Shown here piece by piece: positions 22,617-34,098 of a stretch of DNA of 64,000 nt. Position numbers and translations under genes: made by a program. The notes beneath the pieces were generated by a model. It was not told where the DNA came from. It saw only the letters and a program-made list of their open reading frames with translations, and did no database searches. Position 1 is the stretch's first letter. Each line of letters starts with the position of its first letter. Source of the DNA: Prochlorococcus sp. AG-436-K22 (GTDB lineage Bacteria; Cyanobacteriota; Cyanobacteriia; PCC-6307; Cyanobiaceae). The stretch lies in contig QCPK01000003.1 of NCBI GenBank assembly GCA_003212555.1, forward strand, positions 3,677 to 67,676, written 5' to 3'.

Positions 22617-22943
22617 TTAAGATTGAGATGCATCAAGTTCAGATCTCATTCTATCTAAGGTTAAATTCATCTGATCAAACATTTGATCTGGAGTCATACC
22701 AAATTGACCTAATTGTGTCTTTAATTGTTCCACCGTCATCTTTGCCTGAAAATCTTCGGAAAGCTCAAACCTTTTCATAAAAACCTTATATCTCTCCATC
22801 AAAGACTCCATTTTAGAAATAAACATTTTTTTCCCTTCTCGGTCAAATTTTCCATAATCACCTCCTAACTTCATTAGGTTCTGATAATCCATAAAGAGAC
22901 TCCTTGCCTCTTCCTGCACTATCTCGGATTCGAAGAATGCCAT
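22617..22943 (-). CDS. DUF1825 family protein
   Basis: MAFFESEIVQEEA...YGKFDREGK...FMKRFELSEDF. Confidence 0.85.
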   Translation of the reverse strand: MAFFESEIVQEEARSLFMDYQNLMKLGGDYGKFDREGKKMFISKMESLMERYKVFMKRFELSEDFQAKMTVEQLKTQLGQFGMTPDQMFDQMNLTLDRMRSELDASQS

Positions 22944-23122
22944 ATGTCTATACCTCAGAAGTCAAGAACTTTCTAAATGAGCTTAGAATTGACATTAATA
23001 ATAATTCCTCCAAGTCTGAAACGATTTAATTAAAAAATCGAATCATATTACATCCCAATTATAATTAATTTTATAAAGCTAATTCTTCTTGAAAAGTAGG
23101 GAACACCAAACCACTCATTGAA

Positions 23123-23716
23123 ATGAACGGATCAAAAGGTCAAAAGGAATTATTTAGTCAAGAGGATTTCAACAAAAACCCAATCTCATTAAACGGCGAG
23201 CTAAGCTTTTCCAAAGATCTGATAAGAGCATGGCAACAAAGAATTCACACTTATCAAAAACCTCATTTTGCAAAAGCAGAAACTACTCCTATCCAAAAAT
23301 CTATTTTTCAAACCCTAGAGATTGAACCAATCGATACAAGTCCTAGTCCCCAAGAGCTAGTTCCTTTACCACTTAATTTCTGGAGATGGCCGCAAAACCC
23401 TCACAATGGTCCAGCTATTTACCTAGTAATGGATAAACCTCAAAACTTGGATTTTCATATTCTTCTATATATAGGAGAAACTGTTGCATCTGATAAGCGC
23501 TGGAAAGGCGATCATGATTGCAAACAATATCTTCAAGCATATTCTGAAGCTTGTAATAAGGCTGACGTAAAAACCCAACTAAGTATTCGTTTTTGGAAAG
23601 ATGTACCTCATGAAACTACATGCAGAAGAAATTTAGAAAAACAACTTATTCAAAAATGGCTCCCAGCATTTAATAAAGAAAGCAGAGGGCTTTGGAACAC
23701 ACCTTTTACTAACTAG
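23123..23716 (+). CDS. GIY-YIG nuclease-like protein
   Basis: AIYLVMD...LLYIGET...RW..H and C-terminal E..LI....PAFN. Confidence 0.75.
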   Translation: MNGSKGQKELFSQEDFNKNPISLNGELSFSKDLIRAWQQRIHTYQKPHFAKAETTPIQKSIFQTLEIEPIDTSPSPQELVPLPLNFWRWPQNPHNGPAIYLVMDKPQNLDFHILLYIGETVASDKRWKGDHDCKQYLQAYSEACNKADVKTQLSIRFWKDVPHETTCRRNLEKQLIQKWLPAFNKESRGLWNTPFTN

Positions 23717-23761
23717 GTTCCTTAAGCCAAACAGTTAGCATAATTAAAAACTAAAGAACCC

Positions 23762-25240
23762 ATGCAAATCACAGTACATAATAAAAATCTTCGAAATTGG
23801 TCAGGATCAGTCCTTGCAATAGGGCTATTTGAAGAGAAGATTCAATTACAACTTGAGTTTTTAGATGGAATATCCGAACCTACTTCATTAGCAAAGCTTC
23901 TCGATGACAAAGATTTCTCTGGCAAAATTGGTGAGAGCATCCATATCCAAATCTTGGGAGATTCCCCAAAGAAACTGGTCTTCATAGGTCTAGGTGACCC
24001 CGAGAAGCTCCTTCTAAATGATCTTCGTGAAGGAGCTGCCCTTGCCGCTAAGGAAAGTCTGGATTCAGATGGTGCAATGGGTGTCATCTTCCCTTGGGAG
24101 CGATTTGAATCAAGCATTGCTGCAAAAGCAGTAGCTGAATCAATTCGTCTATCTTTTTTTAAGGATCAACGCTTTCAAAGTGATCCAAAACCTCGGAAAC
24201 ATCCATTAAAGATTGATTTAATTGGAATCTCAGAAAATATTGAAGAAACCTTTAAAAAAGTAAATTCGATTTGTGCAGGCGTAGAACTTGCTAGAGAGCT
24301 TGTAGGCGCTCCACCTAATGAATTGACTCCAGAAGGCCTTGCGAAAAAAGCAATTGAAATTGCAAAAGAGTTTAAATTAGAATGCAAAATACTTGAGAGA
24401 AAGGACTGTGAGATAGAAGGCATGGGAGCCTACTTAGCAGTTGCTAAAGGTTCTGACTTAGACCCCAAATTCATTCACCTCATCTACAAACCCTCAGGTC
24501 AAGTCTTGCGAAAGATTGCTCTCGTAGGGAAGGGGCTAACCTTTGATTCTGGTGGATATAACTTAAAAGTTGGTGCGTCTAAAATAGAAATGATGAAATA
24601 CGATATGGGTGGGAGTGCTTCTGTACTTGGCGCTGCTCGTTCAATTGGAGAAATCGCACCAAAAGAAACTGAAATTCACTTTATAATTGCTTCTTGTGAA
24701 AACATGGTTAACGGATCTGCAGTTCATCCAGGAGACATAATTCAAGCTTCTAATGGCAAAACAATTGAAATAAATAACACTGACGCTGAAGGAAGATTGA
24801 CACTCGCAGATGCACTTACCTATGCGTGCAAGCTTAAACCTGATGTCATAGTTGACTTAGCAACACTTACAGGAGCATGCGTGGTTGCTCTAGGTGAGGA
24901 AATTGCAGGGCTATGGGCTAACAACGATGAACTTGCAGAGGAATTAAAAGAAGCGTCAAGTTCTTGTGGAGAAAATCTTTGGAGAATGCCTCTGCAATCA
25001 ACTTATAAAGAAGGTCTAAAGTCGATGCTAGCTGATATTAAAAACACTGGTCCTCGAGCAGGTGGGTCAATCACTGCTGCTCTATTCCTCAGAGAATTTG
25101 TTGAGAAAGATATCGCTTGGGCACATATTGACATTGCAGGCACATGTTGGTCAGATAAAGGTTTTGGGGCAAACCCTGCAGGAGCGACTGGATATGGGGT
25201 GCAAACCCTTGTCCACTGGGCATGCAATAAGAAAAACTAA
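23762..25240 (+). CDS. pepA: Leucyl aminopeptidase (M17)
   Basis: VGKGLTFDSGG, MKYDMGG, NTDAEGRLTLAD, DLATLTGA, HIDIAG. Confidence 0.96.
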   Translation: MQITVHNKNLRNWSGSVLAIGLFEEKIQLQLEFLDGISEPTSLAKLLDDKDFSGKIGESIHIQILGDSPKKLVFIGLGDPEKLLLNDLREGAALAAKESLDSDGAMGVIFPWERFESSIAAKAVAESIRLSFFKDQRFQSDPKPRKHPLKIDLIGISENIEETFKKVNSICAGVELARELVGAPPNELTPEGLAKKAIEIAKEFKLECKILERKDCEIEGMGAYLAVAKGSDLDPKFIHLIYKPSGQVLRKIALVGKGLTFDSGGYNLKVGASKIEMMKYDMGGSASVLGAARSIGEIAPKETEIHFIIASCENMVNGSAVHPGDIIQASNGKTIEINNTDAEGRLTLADALTYACKLKPDVIVDLATLTGACVVALGEEIAGLWANNDELAEELKEASSSCGENLWRMPLQSTYKEGLKSMLADIKNTGPRAGGSITAALFLREFVEKDIAWAHIDIAGTCWSDKGFGANPAGATGYGVQTLVHWACNKKN

Positions 25241-25264
25241 CTTGATTTCTTCTTAAGTCTTTCT

Positions 25265-25480
25265 TTAAGAAGCTTTAGGTAACATATTTTGTCTACAAAT
25301 CGAATCTCTTCTTTCTACAAGTAAATTACTTTCAGGCTTTTCTAAGCAATGAATCTGCCAGCTGACTTTCTTAGAACAATTAAATAAGACTCTCTGAAGA
25401 TCATCAGATGCATTCTTTGTAGTCAAATATGGTCCAATAAATCTTTTCGAAAAACCATCTTGAATAATTAATAAATACAT
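25265..25480 (-). CDS. Small hypothetical protein
   Basis: 71-aa ATG ORF filling an intergenic gap, preceded by GAGGTG. Confidence 0.7.
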   Translation of the reverse strand: MYLLIIQDGFSKRFIGPYLTTKNASDDLQRVLFNCSKKVSWQIHCLEKPESNLLVERRDSICRQNMLPKAS

Positions 25481-25601
25481 TTCACCTCAACAAACTCATG
25501 AGGAATGATATTTTCAAGGAAAGGAATAAGAGAGGAAATCTCTAAGATCTTAATCACAGAACATAATTTTTTATTATTTTCTTAAGATTCAGGTGCAATT
25601 G

Positions 25602-26234
25602 TCATTTGGCCCATTCTCTACCCTTTCGAGCATTTTCGCCCCAAACTTCTTCCAAGCGTTTGTCTCTTTGACAATTATAACGATAAAATTTATATTTTAT
25701 GCTATTTTTTTCTGCATAATCTTGATGATAATCTTCAGCTAACCAGAATGTACTTTTAGGTTTAATTTCAACTCCTATTTTGTTCAAAGGAATTGATAAT
25801 TCTTGTGCAACTTTTTCTAAACTTAAATTAGCATGAGTCTTCTGTGATTCATCACTAAAATAAATCACTGGTCTGTATGAATCTCCTCTATCACAAAACT
25901 GTCCGTACGAATCATAAGGGTCTATATTTCTCCAATAGCTTTTCAATAAATCCTCATAACTTATTTCTAAAGAGTTAAAAGAAACCCTCACAGCTTCTTG
26001 ATGCCCTTTATGATTCCTATAAGAAGGGTAATCAATTTCCCCTCCTGAATATCCACTTTCAACAGATATAACCCCTGGTAATTCCTCAAAATCATGTTCT
26101 AAGCACCAAAAGCATCCTCCTGCAAAAATAGCATTTTCTTCCAATGCATTTACAGAGGTACTTAGAGAGATTAAAACCAAGCAACTTATTAAAGAAGCAA
26201 AGCAAGCAATGCTAACTCTTCTTAAAAAATTCAT
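25602..26234 (-). CDS. msrA: Peptide-methionine (S)-S-oxide reductase with signal peptide
   Basis: [25 protein letters not shown]; N-terminal signal sequence. Confidence 0.95.
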   Translation of the reverse strand: MNFLRRVSIACFASLISCLVLISLSTSVNALEENAIFAGGCFWCLEHDFEELPGVISVESGYSGGEIDYPSYRNHKGHQEAVRVSFNSLEISYEDLLKSYWRNIDPYDSYGQFCDRGDSYRPVIYFSDESQKTHANLSLEKVAQELSIPLNKIGVEIKPKSTFWLAEDYHQDYAEKNSIKYKFYRYNCQRDKRLEEVWGENARKGREWAK

Positions 26235-27406
26235 TTTTCAACTAAATTGATGATTTCTTGAGCTGCCCTTGCAGTCACACCAGGAGCACCCAAATCACTC
26301 CTTAGTCTTTTATATCCTTCTAACATTCTTGTACGCTCAGACTCATCCTCTAACAAAGACTTAGCTAAAGCATAGATTCCATGAGCTGTAAATTCCTTTT
26401 GCACAAGTTCTGGGACTAACCTTTCATTCAGCAAAAGATTTACAGGCGATATATGGTCAACATCAAAATTAAGTAATCTCTTGGCTACAAATGCAGTAAT
26501 TCTACTTACTTTATAAGCTACAATTTGAGGAACTGAGTGAAGAGCTAACTCCATATTGATTGTCCCAGACTTAGAAAGCGCAAGTTCAGCAACTTTAAAT
26601 AAACTAGGTTTAAACTGATCTACATCTTTTGCAGACAGAACCTTACCAATTACGCAAGAATCTTCCATGGCTTTTTTAAGATAATTCTCGAAACTTTCCT
26701 GCCCAGCCGGCAACAGAACGAACAGAGAGGGATCTTCTTTTTGCAACAATGAAGCTGCTTTAAGAAATGTAGGCAATAAATATCTTAACTCTTGAGTCCT
26801 AGAGGCTGGAAAAACTAACAAGAATTTTCGAGAAGCATCAACTCCTAACTGTTTACATGCTTCACTTCTATCAGGTAATTTCTTTAGATTATCAATCATT
26901 GGGTGTCCAACCCATTTAACATTTCCTCCTCTAGAAGAATAGAAATCAGCTTCTTTATGAAAAATTGCCAAAATTTTATCAGTAAAGCTAATTAAATCTG
27001 TTGAGCCTCCTTCTCCTATTCTCCAAGCCCATTCTTGAGGGGCAATATAATAAATAATTGGAGTCGTTGGAAGTAACTTACGGACCTTGTTCCCAAGTCT
27101 AATATTGGGGCCCATATAATCAATCAAAACAACAGCATCTGGTGGACAATTCACTAATAAGCGATCAACTTTCTTTTGAGCTTGAAGAGTAGGTATTAAA
27201 TAAGGCAATGTCTCCCAAAAGCCAATCGCTCCTATAGAAGCTGTATTTGTAATAAGTTCCGCTCCAGCTTTTTCCATACGCTGGCCACCAAGAGCAACTA
27301 CTTCTAAAGATATCAAACGCCTTTGAGACTCTTGGACTAGAGCCTCAACTAAAAAGCTTCCTTGTAAATCTCCTGAGACTTCTCCAGTACTTATAAGCAA
27401 GCGCAT
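26231..27406 (-). CDS. lpxB: Lipid-A-disaccharide synthase
   Basis: [40 protein letters not shown]. Confidence 0.95.
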   Translation of the reverse strand: MRLLISTGEVSGDLQGSFLVEALVQESQRRLISLEVVALGGQRMEKAGAELITNTASIGAIGFWETLPYLIPTLQAQKKVDRLLVNCPPDAVVLIDYMGPNIRLGNKVRKLLPTTPIIYYIAPQEWAWRIGEGGSTDLISFTDKILAIFHKEADFYSSRGGNVKWVGHPMIDNLKKLPDRSEACKQLGVDASRKFLLVFPASRTQELRYLLPTFLKAASLLQKEDPSLFVLLPAGQESFENYLKKAMEDSCVIGKVLSAKDVDQFKPSLFKVAELALSKSGTINMELALHSVPQIVAYKVSRITAFVAKRLLNFDVDHISPVNLLLNERLVPELVQKEFTAHGIYALAKSLLEDESERTRMLEGYKRLRSDLGAPGVTARAAQEIINLVEK

Positions 27407-27409
27407 AAC

Positions 27410-28264
27410 TTAGTTTTTCTGTGAGTTCAAATAAGGCATAGGTCCTCTCCGCCCTTGCTTTATTGAAGCTTCAAGAAAAAGACAGAAATCTTGAGCTGCT
27501 TTAAAAAGCTTTTTCTCCTGTGCTAATTCCAAGCCTTTCTTATATATATGTCCTGATTTATAAATTAAATTCCAAGTTTCTTGTAATTGCTTGAACTCAT
27601 CTGGATTCTCACTATCTAAGCCTCTTCGCCGAATTCCAACACGGTTTAATCCACGTACCCTCCCAGGATGACCTTCCACTAAGCAATAAGGTGGGACATC
27701 CCTATCTACTCTTGTCATGCCACCCACCATTGCAAGAGATCCAATATGAACAAACTGATGAATTCCTAAGGAACCTCCAATAACAGCCTTGTCCTCAATG
27801 ACAACTTCTCCAGCGACCTGAACACTATTGGAAATAACTACTTCATTACCAATATCACAACCATGCGCAATATGGGTATAAGCCATCAAAAGACTGCTAT
27901 TGCCAATTCGAGTCTGCTCTCCATCATTAGTTGCTCTATTTACTGTTACACACTCACGCAGAGTATTGTTATCCCCAATCACAACTTCAGTAGGAGCGCC
28001 TTTATATTTCAAGTCTTGAGGTTCAAGCCCTATGCAGGCTCCAGGGAAAATTTTATTACAAGAACCAATCTTTAGATTTCCATCCAGCACAACATTAGGA
28101 CCAATAAAAGTCTTTGTTCCTATTTTTACGTCTGGGCCTATTACAGCACCAGCTCCTACAATCACGCCTTTGCCCAGTTCGGCCTTAGGATGAACAACTG
28201 CTGAAGGGTGAATTCCTACTTCTGAGTTATTATTCATCTCAGATAATAAATTAATATTTTCCAT
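27410..28264 (-). CDS. lpxA: Acyl-ACP--UDP-GlcNAc O-acyltransferase
   Basis: Hexapeptide repeats, PQDLKY, HIAHGC, IHQFVHIG, GLNRVG. Confidence 0.96.
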   Translation of the reverse strand: MENINLLSEMNNNSEVGIHPSAVVHPKAELGKGVIVGAGAVIGPDVKIGTKTFIGPNVVLDGNLKIGSCNKIFPGACIGLEPQDLKYKGAPTEVVIGDNNTLRECVTVNRATNDGEQTRIGNSSLLMAYTHIAHGCDIGNEVVISNSVQVAGEVVIEDKAVIGGSLGIHQFVHIGSLAMVGGMTRVDRDVPPYCLVEGHPGRVRGLNRVGIRRRGLDSENPDEFKQLQETWNLIYKSGHIYKKGLELAQEKKLFKAAQDFCLFLEASIKQGRRGPMPYLNSQKN

Positions 28265-28271
28265 TGTTAAA

Positions 28272-28727
28272 TTAATCCACCAAAGAGAACATCAACTCAC
28301 CTGAACAGGCTAATTTCCCTTCCACTTTTGCCTCTCCTTTTACTTTTCCGAAGCGCTGCCTTTTTATACTCATTAATTCGCAATTAATGAGTAACTGATC
28401 TCCAGGAACTACTGGACGACGAAAACGCACACTATCAATACCAGCAAAAACAAACAGGCCCTTAGGTATGTCTGGCATCTGAGTAACAATTAAACCTCCA
28501 ACCTGAGCCATTGCCTCAACAATTAAAACACCTGGCATTAGTGGTCTCCCAGGGAAATGGCCTTGAAAATGAGGCTCATTGATAGTCACATTTTTAATAG
28601 CAGTTGCGCTTTTTCCCGCCTCATAATCAATAACACGGTCAACCAATGCAAAAGGGTATCGGTGAGGCAGAAGGCCCATTATCTCCTCATTAGATAGGAC
28701 ACAAGGGTTTTCAGAAGAATTAGTCAA
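28272..28727 (-). CDS. fabZ: 3-hydroxyacyl-ACP dehydratase
   Basis: [32 protein letters not shown]. Confidence 0.97.
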   Translation of the reverse strand: MTNSSENPCVLSNEEIMGLLPHRYPFALVDRVIDYEAGKSATAIKNVTINEPHFQGHFPGRPLMPGVLIVEAMAQVGGLIVTQMPDIPKGLFVFAGIDSVRFRRPVVPGDQLLINCELMSIKRQRFGKVKGEAKVEGKLACSGELMFSLVD

Positions 28728-29587
28728 AGCAAGTTTCTGTTAAGGGACATTTCCTTTGAAAGAGTTTCTGCAAGTTCTGCATGCAGTGCATGAGAACCTC
28801 TATAAACCAAAACCTGAGCTTTAGGTAACCCAACAAGCGCCAAGTCGCCTACCAAATCCAATAGCTTATGTCGAACAGGTTCATCAGCGAATCTCAAAGG
28901 AGGATTCAACCAAGTATTACCATCGCAAACCAAGGAATTGTTTAAAGTACCTCCTTTAATTAACCCTGCATCTATTAAATGATCTATTTGATCTTTAAAA
29001 CCAAAAGTTCTAGCAGGTGCAAGATGTTTTACAAAAGATCTTGGCGTTAATTCCAAAGAAAACTGCTGCCTGCCAATAGCGGGATAAGGGAAATCAATCA
29101 TACCAATCAAATAACAACTTTCAGATGGTATGGCTGTTATTAGACTAGAGCCTTTATGAATCACCAAAGGCTTTTTAACAACAGGAAAATGATTTTTAGA
29201 AGTATCCAAATGAAGAATTCCCACTTCTTCTATAGCCTCAACCCATCCCATTGAGGACCCATCTAAAACCGGGATTTCATTGCCTGAAACAACAATATGA
29301 ACATGAGTCAAGCCACATCCAGCAAGGGCTGCCAAAAGATGTTCAACAGTTGACAAACTGTGCTTTCCTAAAACAAGTGTTGTGCATAGTTGACTATTTA
29401 CTACTTGATCTGGATTAAGACGTATAGGTGGCTCAGATCTACTCTCCCAAGATATGTAGAAGCCAACTTTTTCAAACGGTCTAAGAATTACCTCTGATTC
29501 TTGCCCGCTATGCAAACAAACACCCTTGCGAGTGACAACTCCTCCCAAGGTCCAACAATCATCATAATTTTCAGGCAACCACTCCAC
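28724..29587 (-). CDS. lpxC: UDP-3-O-acyl-GlcNAc deacetylase
   Basis: [35 protein letters not shown]; GTG start at 29587 next to the bamA stop. Confidence 0.95.
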   Translation of the reverse strand: MEWLPENYDDCWTLGGVVTRKGVCLHSGQESEVILRPFEKVGFYISWESRSEPPIRLNPDQVVNSQLCTTLVLGKHSLSTVEHLLAALAGCGLTHVHIVVSGNEIPVLDGSSMGWVEAIEEVGILHLDTSKNHFPVVKKPLVIHKGSSLITAIPSESCYLIGMIDFPYPAIGRQQFSLELTPRSFVKHLAPARTFGFKDQIDHLIDAGLIKGGTLNNSLVCDGNTWLNPPLRFADEPVRHKLLDLVGDLALVGLPKAQVLVYRGSHALHAELAETLSKEMSLNRNLL

Positions 29588-29588
29588 A

Positions 29589-31787
29589 CTAAAACTTCCA
29601 ACCAAAACCAATGTTATATCGCCAATCGCCTTCCAAGTCTTTGCTTGCAGCCTCTATTCGCAAAGGTCCAACAGGAGTATTAAAAGATAAACCCGAGCCA
29701 ACAGAAAATCCAGAACCCTGTTTACCTAAAAGCTCACCTGGGTTTCCTGGAACATTCTTCTGAGAGCCAAAATCAGTACCTGCATCGACAAATACATTTG
29801 CAGAAATCATTCTCCAGACAGGGACTCGGTATTCGGCAGAAGCCTCTCCAAAACGTCTAGCAACAGCTAAGTCACAAGAGCTCCATCCTCTAATTGATTT
29901 AGAACCGCCTAAGCAAAATGCCTCATAGGGAGGTAAATCCCCCAATATTGATCCAGCTTTCAATTGAAAAGCAATGGTTTGAAAACAAGAAGAATTCTTT
30001 CCTCTCTTGGCTCTGCAATCTTTATGAAACTTCAACCAATTAAGAGGTATAAAATAAGAGTAACTAACCTTAGTTCGGTTAAATGCTGGAGAGTCCTTTC
30101 CCATAGAGATATATTGTTCAGAACCTAAACTTAAAAAACTACCCGATGTAGGATTACCTCGATTATTTAGTTTGTTATATGTCATTGCTCCTCTAACTCC
30201 AATAAGAGTATTTTCCTTTGCACAATTAAAGGCAATGCAAATAACATCATTATTTGAAGCAGAGTTATTTGAATAATTAGAACTTAATGCTCCATAAGGC
30301 CTATCTTTTGAAGAGTAATCAATAGGTTTAACTTGTTGAAAATCCATTCCCAAAAGCACGCTCCAAGGCGCCCTTTTAAAAGGATCTCCTCCATTTAGAG
30401 GTCTAGAAATAGAGAAATTTCCACCAGTCCTTTGAAGAAGTACCGAATCACCTTCATAATCAAACCAACTAGTATTTGGATTGCTGGCTTGGGCTACTGG
30501 AACAGAGCTAAAGGCTTCTGAATTTATTCCAGAATGCGCAAAATCAATGTCATAAACCTTTGAAGAAGAACTGGATCCTGGGGCCTGATAGTAATCACTT
30601 ACGCCTAAAATAGTCTTCTTAGAACCTCTAAATTCCTGAGGAACATCTCTACTAATGAATACAGAAGTCCGTAAAGAAGTCCTATATTTATCTCCTCTTA
30701 ACCATGGATCAGCTAAAGAAAAACTTATAAGAGCACCGTATTCACCATAAGTAAAATTTAAATCACTAGACCAAGATCTTCCAAATAAATTCTTTTCCTG
30801 CAATCCTGCTGATCCAAAAAAACCTTGCGATCCACTGTAACCAAGTCCACCGGTAAGAGAGCCTGTTCGTTGTTCTGTAATTCCTAGGACTATGCTTATC
30901 TTTCCAGGCTCGCCAGCAATTGGCTTTAAAGTAACTTTAATATCACTAAAAAGAGATAGCCCATACAATCTTTTGATATCAGATTCAAGATTTTTCCTAT
31001 TAAATATTACTCCCGGCTTACTAATAAGCTCCCTATCTATAACCCATCTTTTTGTCTTCCCTCTAACTGGCTTTCCATTATCCCTAGTTGTATTTCCTTC
31101 TTCATCAAGAAAGACTACCTGAATATCTTCAATAGTTCCTTCTTGAACACGTAATCTTACTTTACCTCCAGCTGTAATCCTATTGGGTCCAGAAATTCTT
31201 GCCAAAGAATATCCCTTATCTGAGTACCAAGCCTTTAACTTATTCATACGCAATTTTAAAACATTCAGGTTTAAAGTCTTTCCGTAATCACTTTTAAAAA
31301 TTTCCTGAATAACTTTTTCCGACAGAATCGAGTTAGAAGGATCAATTATAACCTCAGTAAATACAGGATTAGGTTTTACGTCTACTTTCAGTTTGACACC
31401 TAATGAAGTATCTACTGGATCAATTTCTAAACCTGAGAACCAACCAGTAGCATAAATTGAATTTAAGTCTCTCTTAACTCCCAATCTACTTACTCTGCTC
31501 CCAGGCCTAATGCTCATTGCATCATAAGCAGCATATTCTAAACGAACCTTGTCTGGATGATCTTCAAGGCCAGTAATAACAATCTCAGAGATTAGAATTA
31601 ATTCATCTTCAGGACTTTCCTTTAAAGAACCATCGTAAGAATTGGAATCTGCAATTTCAAATTTATTGTCATTGAAATGGAAGTTATCAATACTCTTCCT
31701 ATTGATAAATAAGCCTGCATTAGCTGTTCCTCCTATTAAAGGAATCGTGAATGCTAATAAATATGCCCCTCTGCTAAATAGTCTCAT
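29589..31787 (-). CDS. bamA: Omp85/BamA outer membrane protein assembly factor
   Basis: POTRA-like repeats, LGGSKSIRGW (VRGF-like), TPVGPLRIE and C-terminal GWKF; sits in the lpx operon. Confidence 0.92.
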   Translation of the reverse strand: MRLFSRGAYLLAFTIPLIGGTANAGLFINRKSIDNFHFNDNKFEIADSNSYDGSLKESPEDELILISEIVITGLEDHPDKVRLEYAAYDAMSIRPGSRVSRLGVKRDLNSIYATGWFSGLEIDPVDTSLGVKLKVDVKPNPVFTEVIIDPSNSILSEKVIQEIFKSDYGKTLNLNVLKLRMNKLKAWYSDKGYSLARISGPNRITAGGKVRLRVQEGTIEDIQVVFLDEEGNTTRDNGKPVRGKTKRWVIDRELISKPGVIFNRKNLESDIKRLYGLSLFSDIKVTLKPIAGEPGKISIVLGITEQRTGSLTGGLGYSGSQGFFGSAGLQEKNLFGRSWSSDLNFTYGEYGALISFSLADPWLRGDKYRTSLRTSVFISRDVPQEFRGSKKTILGVSDYYQAPGSSSSSKVYDIDFAHSGINSEAFSSVPVAQASNPNTSWFDYEGDSVLLQRTGGNFSISRPLNGGDPFKRAPWSVLLGMDFQQVKPIDYSSKDRPYGALSSNYSNNSASNNDVICIAFNCAKENTLIGVRGAMTYNKLNNRGNPTSGSFLSLGSEQYISMGKDSPAFNRTKVSYSYFIPLNWLKFHKDCRAKRGKNSSCFQTIAFQLKAGSILGDLPPYEAFCLGGSKSIRGWSSCDLAVARRFGEASAEYRVPVWRMISANVFVDAGTDFGSQKNVPGNPGELLGKQGSGFSVGSGLSFNTPVGPLRIEAASKDLEGDWRYNIGFGWKF

Positions 31788-31873
31788 TGACTTTCTGGTA
31801 GTAAAATTCCTTTCATTCTTTTTCTAGGATAAGGCTAAAGAGATGAAATTAAATAAGTTTTTTTGAATGTTTT

Positions 31874-32608
31874 CTAAGAAGAAAATTCCTGTATCCGTCT
31901 AAGTACTTCACCGTACCCCTCTAAGACTCCCCCAAGATCCCTTCGGAAGCGATCTTTATCAAGAATTCGATCTTCATGATCATAAGTATTTAAATCCCAT
32001 ATTCTACAGCTATCAGGGCTTATTTCATCAGCAACTACAAGTTGGCCATTTTTTGTAAGGCCCATTTCTAACTTAAAATCCACTAATAAAAGGTTGAGCT
32101 TTTTAAAAAATTCCTGCAAATGTGCATTGACAGTTAAAGCAAGTGTTTTTATCTCCAACAATTTAGTAGATGAGGCCAGGCCTAATAAACTTATTCTTTC
32201 ATCTGTCAAAAGTGGATCTCCCAAATCATCATCTTTGTAATACAAATCTAATAGAGGATTGCAAAGCTTTGTGCCTGGTTCTATAGGTGTTTCTTTACAT
32301 AATGAACCACTCGCAACATTGCGAATAACTATTTCCAATGGGAGCACTTCTACCTTCTGAACTAACATCCAACTGTCAGCATTTATATCTAAATAGTGAG
32401 TAGGCACTCCTTTGCTTTCTAAAAACTTAAATATAGAAGCTGAAATTTGACAGTTCAAGCTCCCTTTCCCATCAAGCTGGGCGTGTTTTTTAGCATTAAA
32501 AGCAGTGGCATCATTCTTAAAGTGAACTAGAAACTCATCTGGATGATCAGTCTCAAAAACTTGCTTTGCTTTGCCTTCATAAATAAGAGAACCATGAGTT
32601 GATGCCAT
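31874..32608 (-). CDS. purC: SAICAR synthase
   Basis: [42 protein letters not shown]; ATG at 32608. Confidence 0.96.
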   Translation of the reverse strand: MASTHGSLIYEGKAKQVFETDHPDEFLVHFKNDATAFNAKKHAQLDGKGSLNCQISASIFKFLESKGVPTHYLDINADSWMLVQKVEVLPLEIVIRNVASGSLCKETPIEPGTKLCNPLLDLYYKDDDLGDPLLTDERISLLGLASSTKLLEIKTLALTVNAHLQEFFKKLNLLLVDFKLEMGLTKNGQLVVADEISPDSCRIWDLNTYDHEDRILDKDRFRRDLGGVLEGYGEVLRRIQEFSS

Positions 32609-32764
32609 TAAATTCCTTTTTACCTCAACCAAACGCTAGTAAGTTAAATCCTAGAAAAACAATAAAATTGAAGGAAGCAATCACAATGTTTTTTTAGAAG
32701 AAGCACCATCTCTAAACATTACGCTAATTACATCCTAAATTTTTGCCAATACACCAAAAGTCTT

Positions 32765-34093
32765 ATGGAAAAAGCCACATCTTCTATTTCAGAGCTCCCA
32801 CAACTAAAAAAAGTTCTTGTAGTTGGAAGTGGCGGTCGCGAGAATGCTTTAGCTTGGGCCATTGCAAAATTTCAAGAAGTCGAAAAAGTCTATGTTGCGC
32901 CAGGTAATGGAGGTACCAAAGATCAACTAGGTTGTCATCGACTTGATATCCAAGAATCAAACACCGAAGAAATCATACAAACTTGTAAATCTCTTGAAAT
33001 TGATTTAATAGTTATAGGTGGCGAAAAGCCTCTTGCTTCAGGGTTAGCAGATCAATTAAGAGGCGTGGGATTAGTTGTATTTGGACCTGGGAAAGAAGGT
33101 GCTCAATTGGAATCAAGTAAAAATTGGTCAAAAAATTTAATGAATGAAGCCCAAATTCCTACAGCACAATATTGGTCAGCTAGTACTGAAAAGGAGGCGC
33201 AAGATCTAGTTTCTGAAATAGATAGACCATTAGTCGTCAAAGCTGATGGACTGGCATCTGGGAAAGGAGTAATTGTATGCAGTTCTATAAAAGAAACTAG
33301 AGCAGCTATAAAAGAATCTTTTGAGGGGAAATTTGGCGAAGCAGGTGCAACATTAGTACTTGAAGAATGCATTCAAGGGCCAGAGGTATCAATTTTTGCA
33401 ATAAGCGATGGAGAAACGCTCGAAATTCTTCCGCCAGCTCAAGATCACAAAAGACTTTTAGAAGGTGACAAAGGTCCTAATACAGGAGGAATGGGAGCAT
33501 ATGCTCCAACGACAATGTTAAGCAAGAAAGATCTTGAAAAAATCAAGGAGGAGATACTACTTCCTACCTTATATGCACTTAGGAAAAGAAATATTAATTA
33601 TAGAGGCGTAATTTATGCAGGTCTAATGCTAACCAAAGATGGACCTCAAGTTATAGAGTTCAATTGCCGTTTTGGGGACCCCGAGTGCCAGGCATTAATG
33701 CCATTGATGCCCTCAGATTTTGCGAAAGTACTTCAAGCTGCAGCACTGGGATGTCTAAAAAATTCGCCAAAATTACAGACAAGTCCATTAAAGAGTGCAT
33801 GTATTGTGGCAACAGCATCTGGTTATCCAGAAAACCCCAGAAAAGGGGATTTGATTTCTATTAAATTAAAGCAGTCTCAAGAGAAGCCAGTTCAATTATT
33901 CCACTCTGGCACTAAGATCAGTGCAGAAGGCACACTACTTACATCAGGTGGGAGAGTCCTCTCAATCGTTTCTCAAGGAGATAGTTATAATGAAGCTTTC
34001 GAAATTGCATACAAAGCAATCAATCAAATTAATTTCCATGGAATTAATTACCGCCAAGATATTGGCTACCAAGTCAGAAGTAAGGGTAATTAA
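32765..34093 (+). CDS. purD: Phosphoribosylamine--glycine ligase
   Basis: GSGGRENA, KADGLASGKGV, QDHKR..EGD.GPNTGGMGAY, EFNCRFGDPE. Confidence 0.97.
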   Translation: MEKATSSISELPQLKKVLVVGSGGRENALAWAIAKFQEVEKVYVAPGNGGTKDQLGCHRLDIQESNTEEIIQTCKSLEIDLIVIGGEKPLASGLADQLRGVGLVVFGPGKEGAQLESSKNWSKNLMNEAQIPTAQYWSASTEKEAQDLVSEIDRPLVVKADGLASGKGVIVCSSIKETRAAIKESFEGKFGEAGATLVLEECIQGPEVSIFAISDGETLEILPPAQDHKRLLEGDKGPNTGGMGAYAPTTMLSKKDLEKIKEEILLPTLYALRKRNINYRGVIYAGLMLTKDGPQVIEFNCRFGDPECQALMPLMPSDFAKVLQAAALGCLKNSPKLQTSPLKSACIVATASGYPENPRKGDLISIKLKQSQEKPVQLFHSGTKISAEGTLLTSGGRVLSIVSQGDSYNEAFEIAYKAINQINFHGINYRQDIGYQVRSKGN

Positions 34094-34098
34094 TATTA

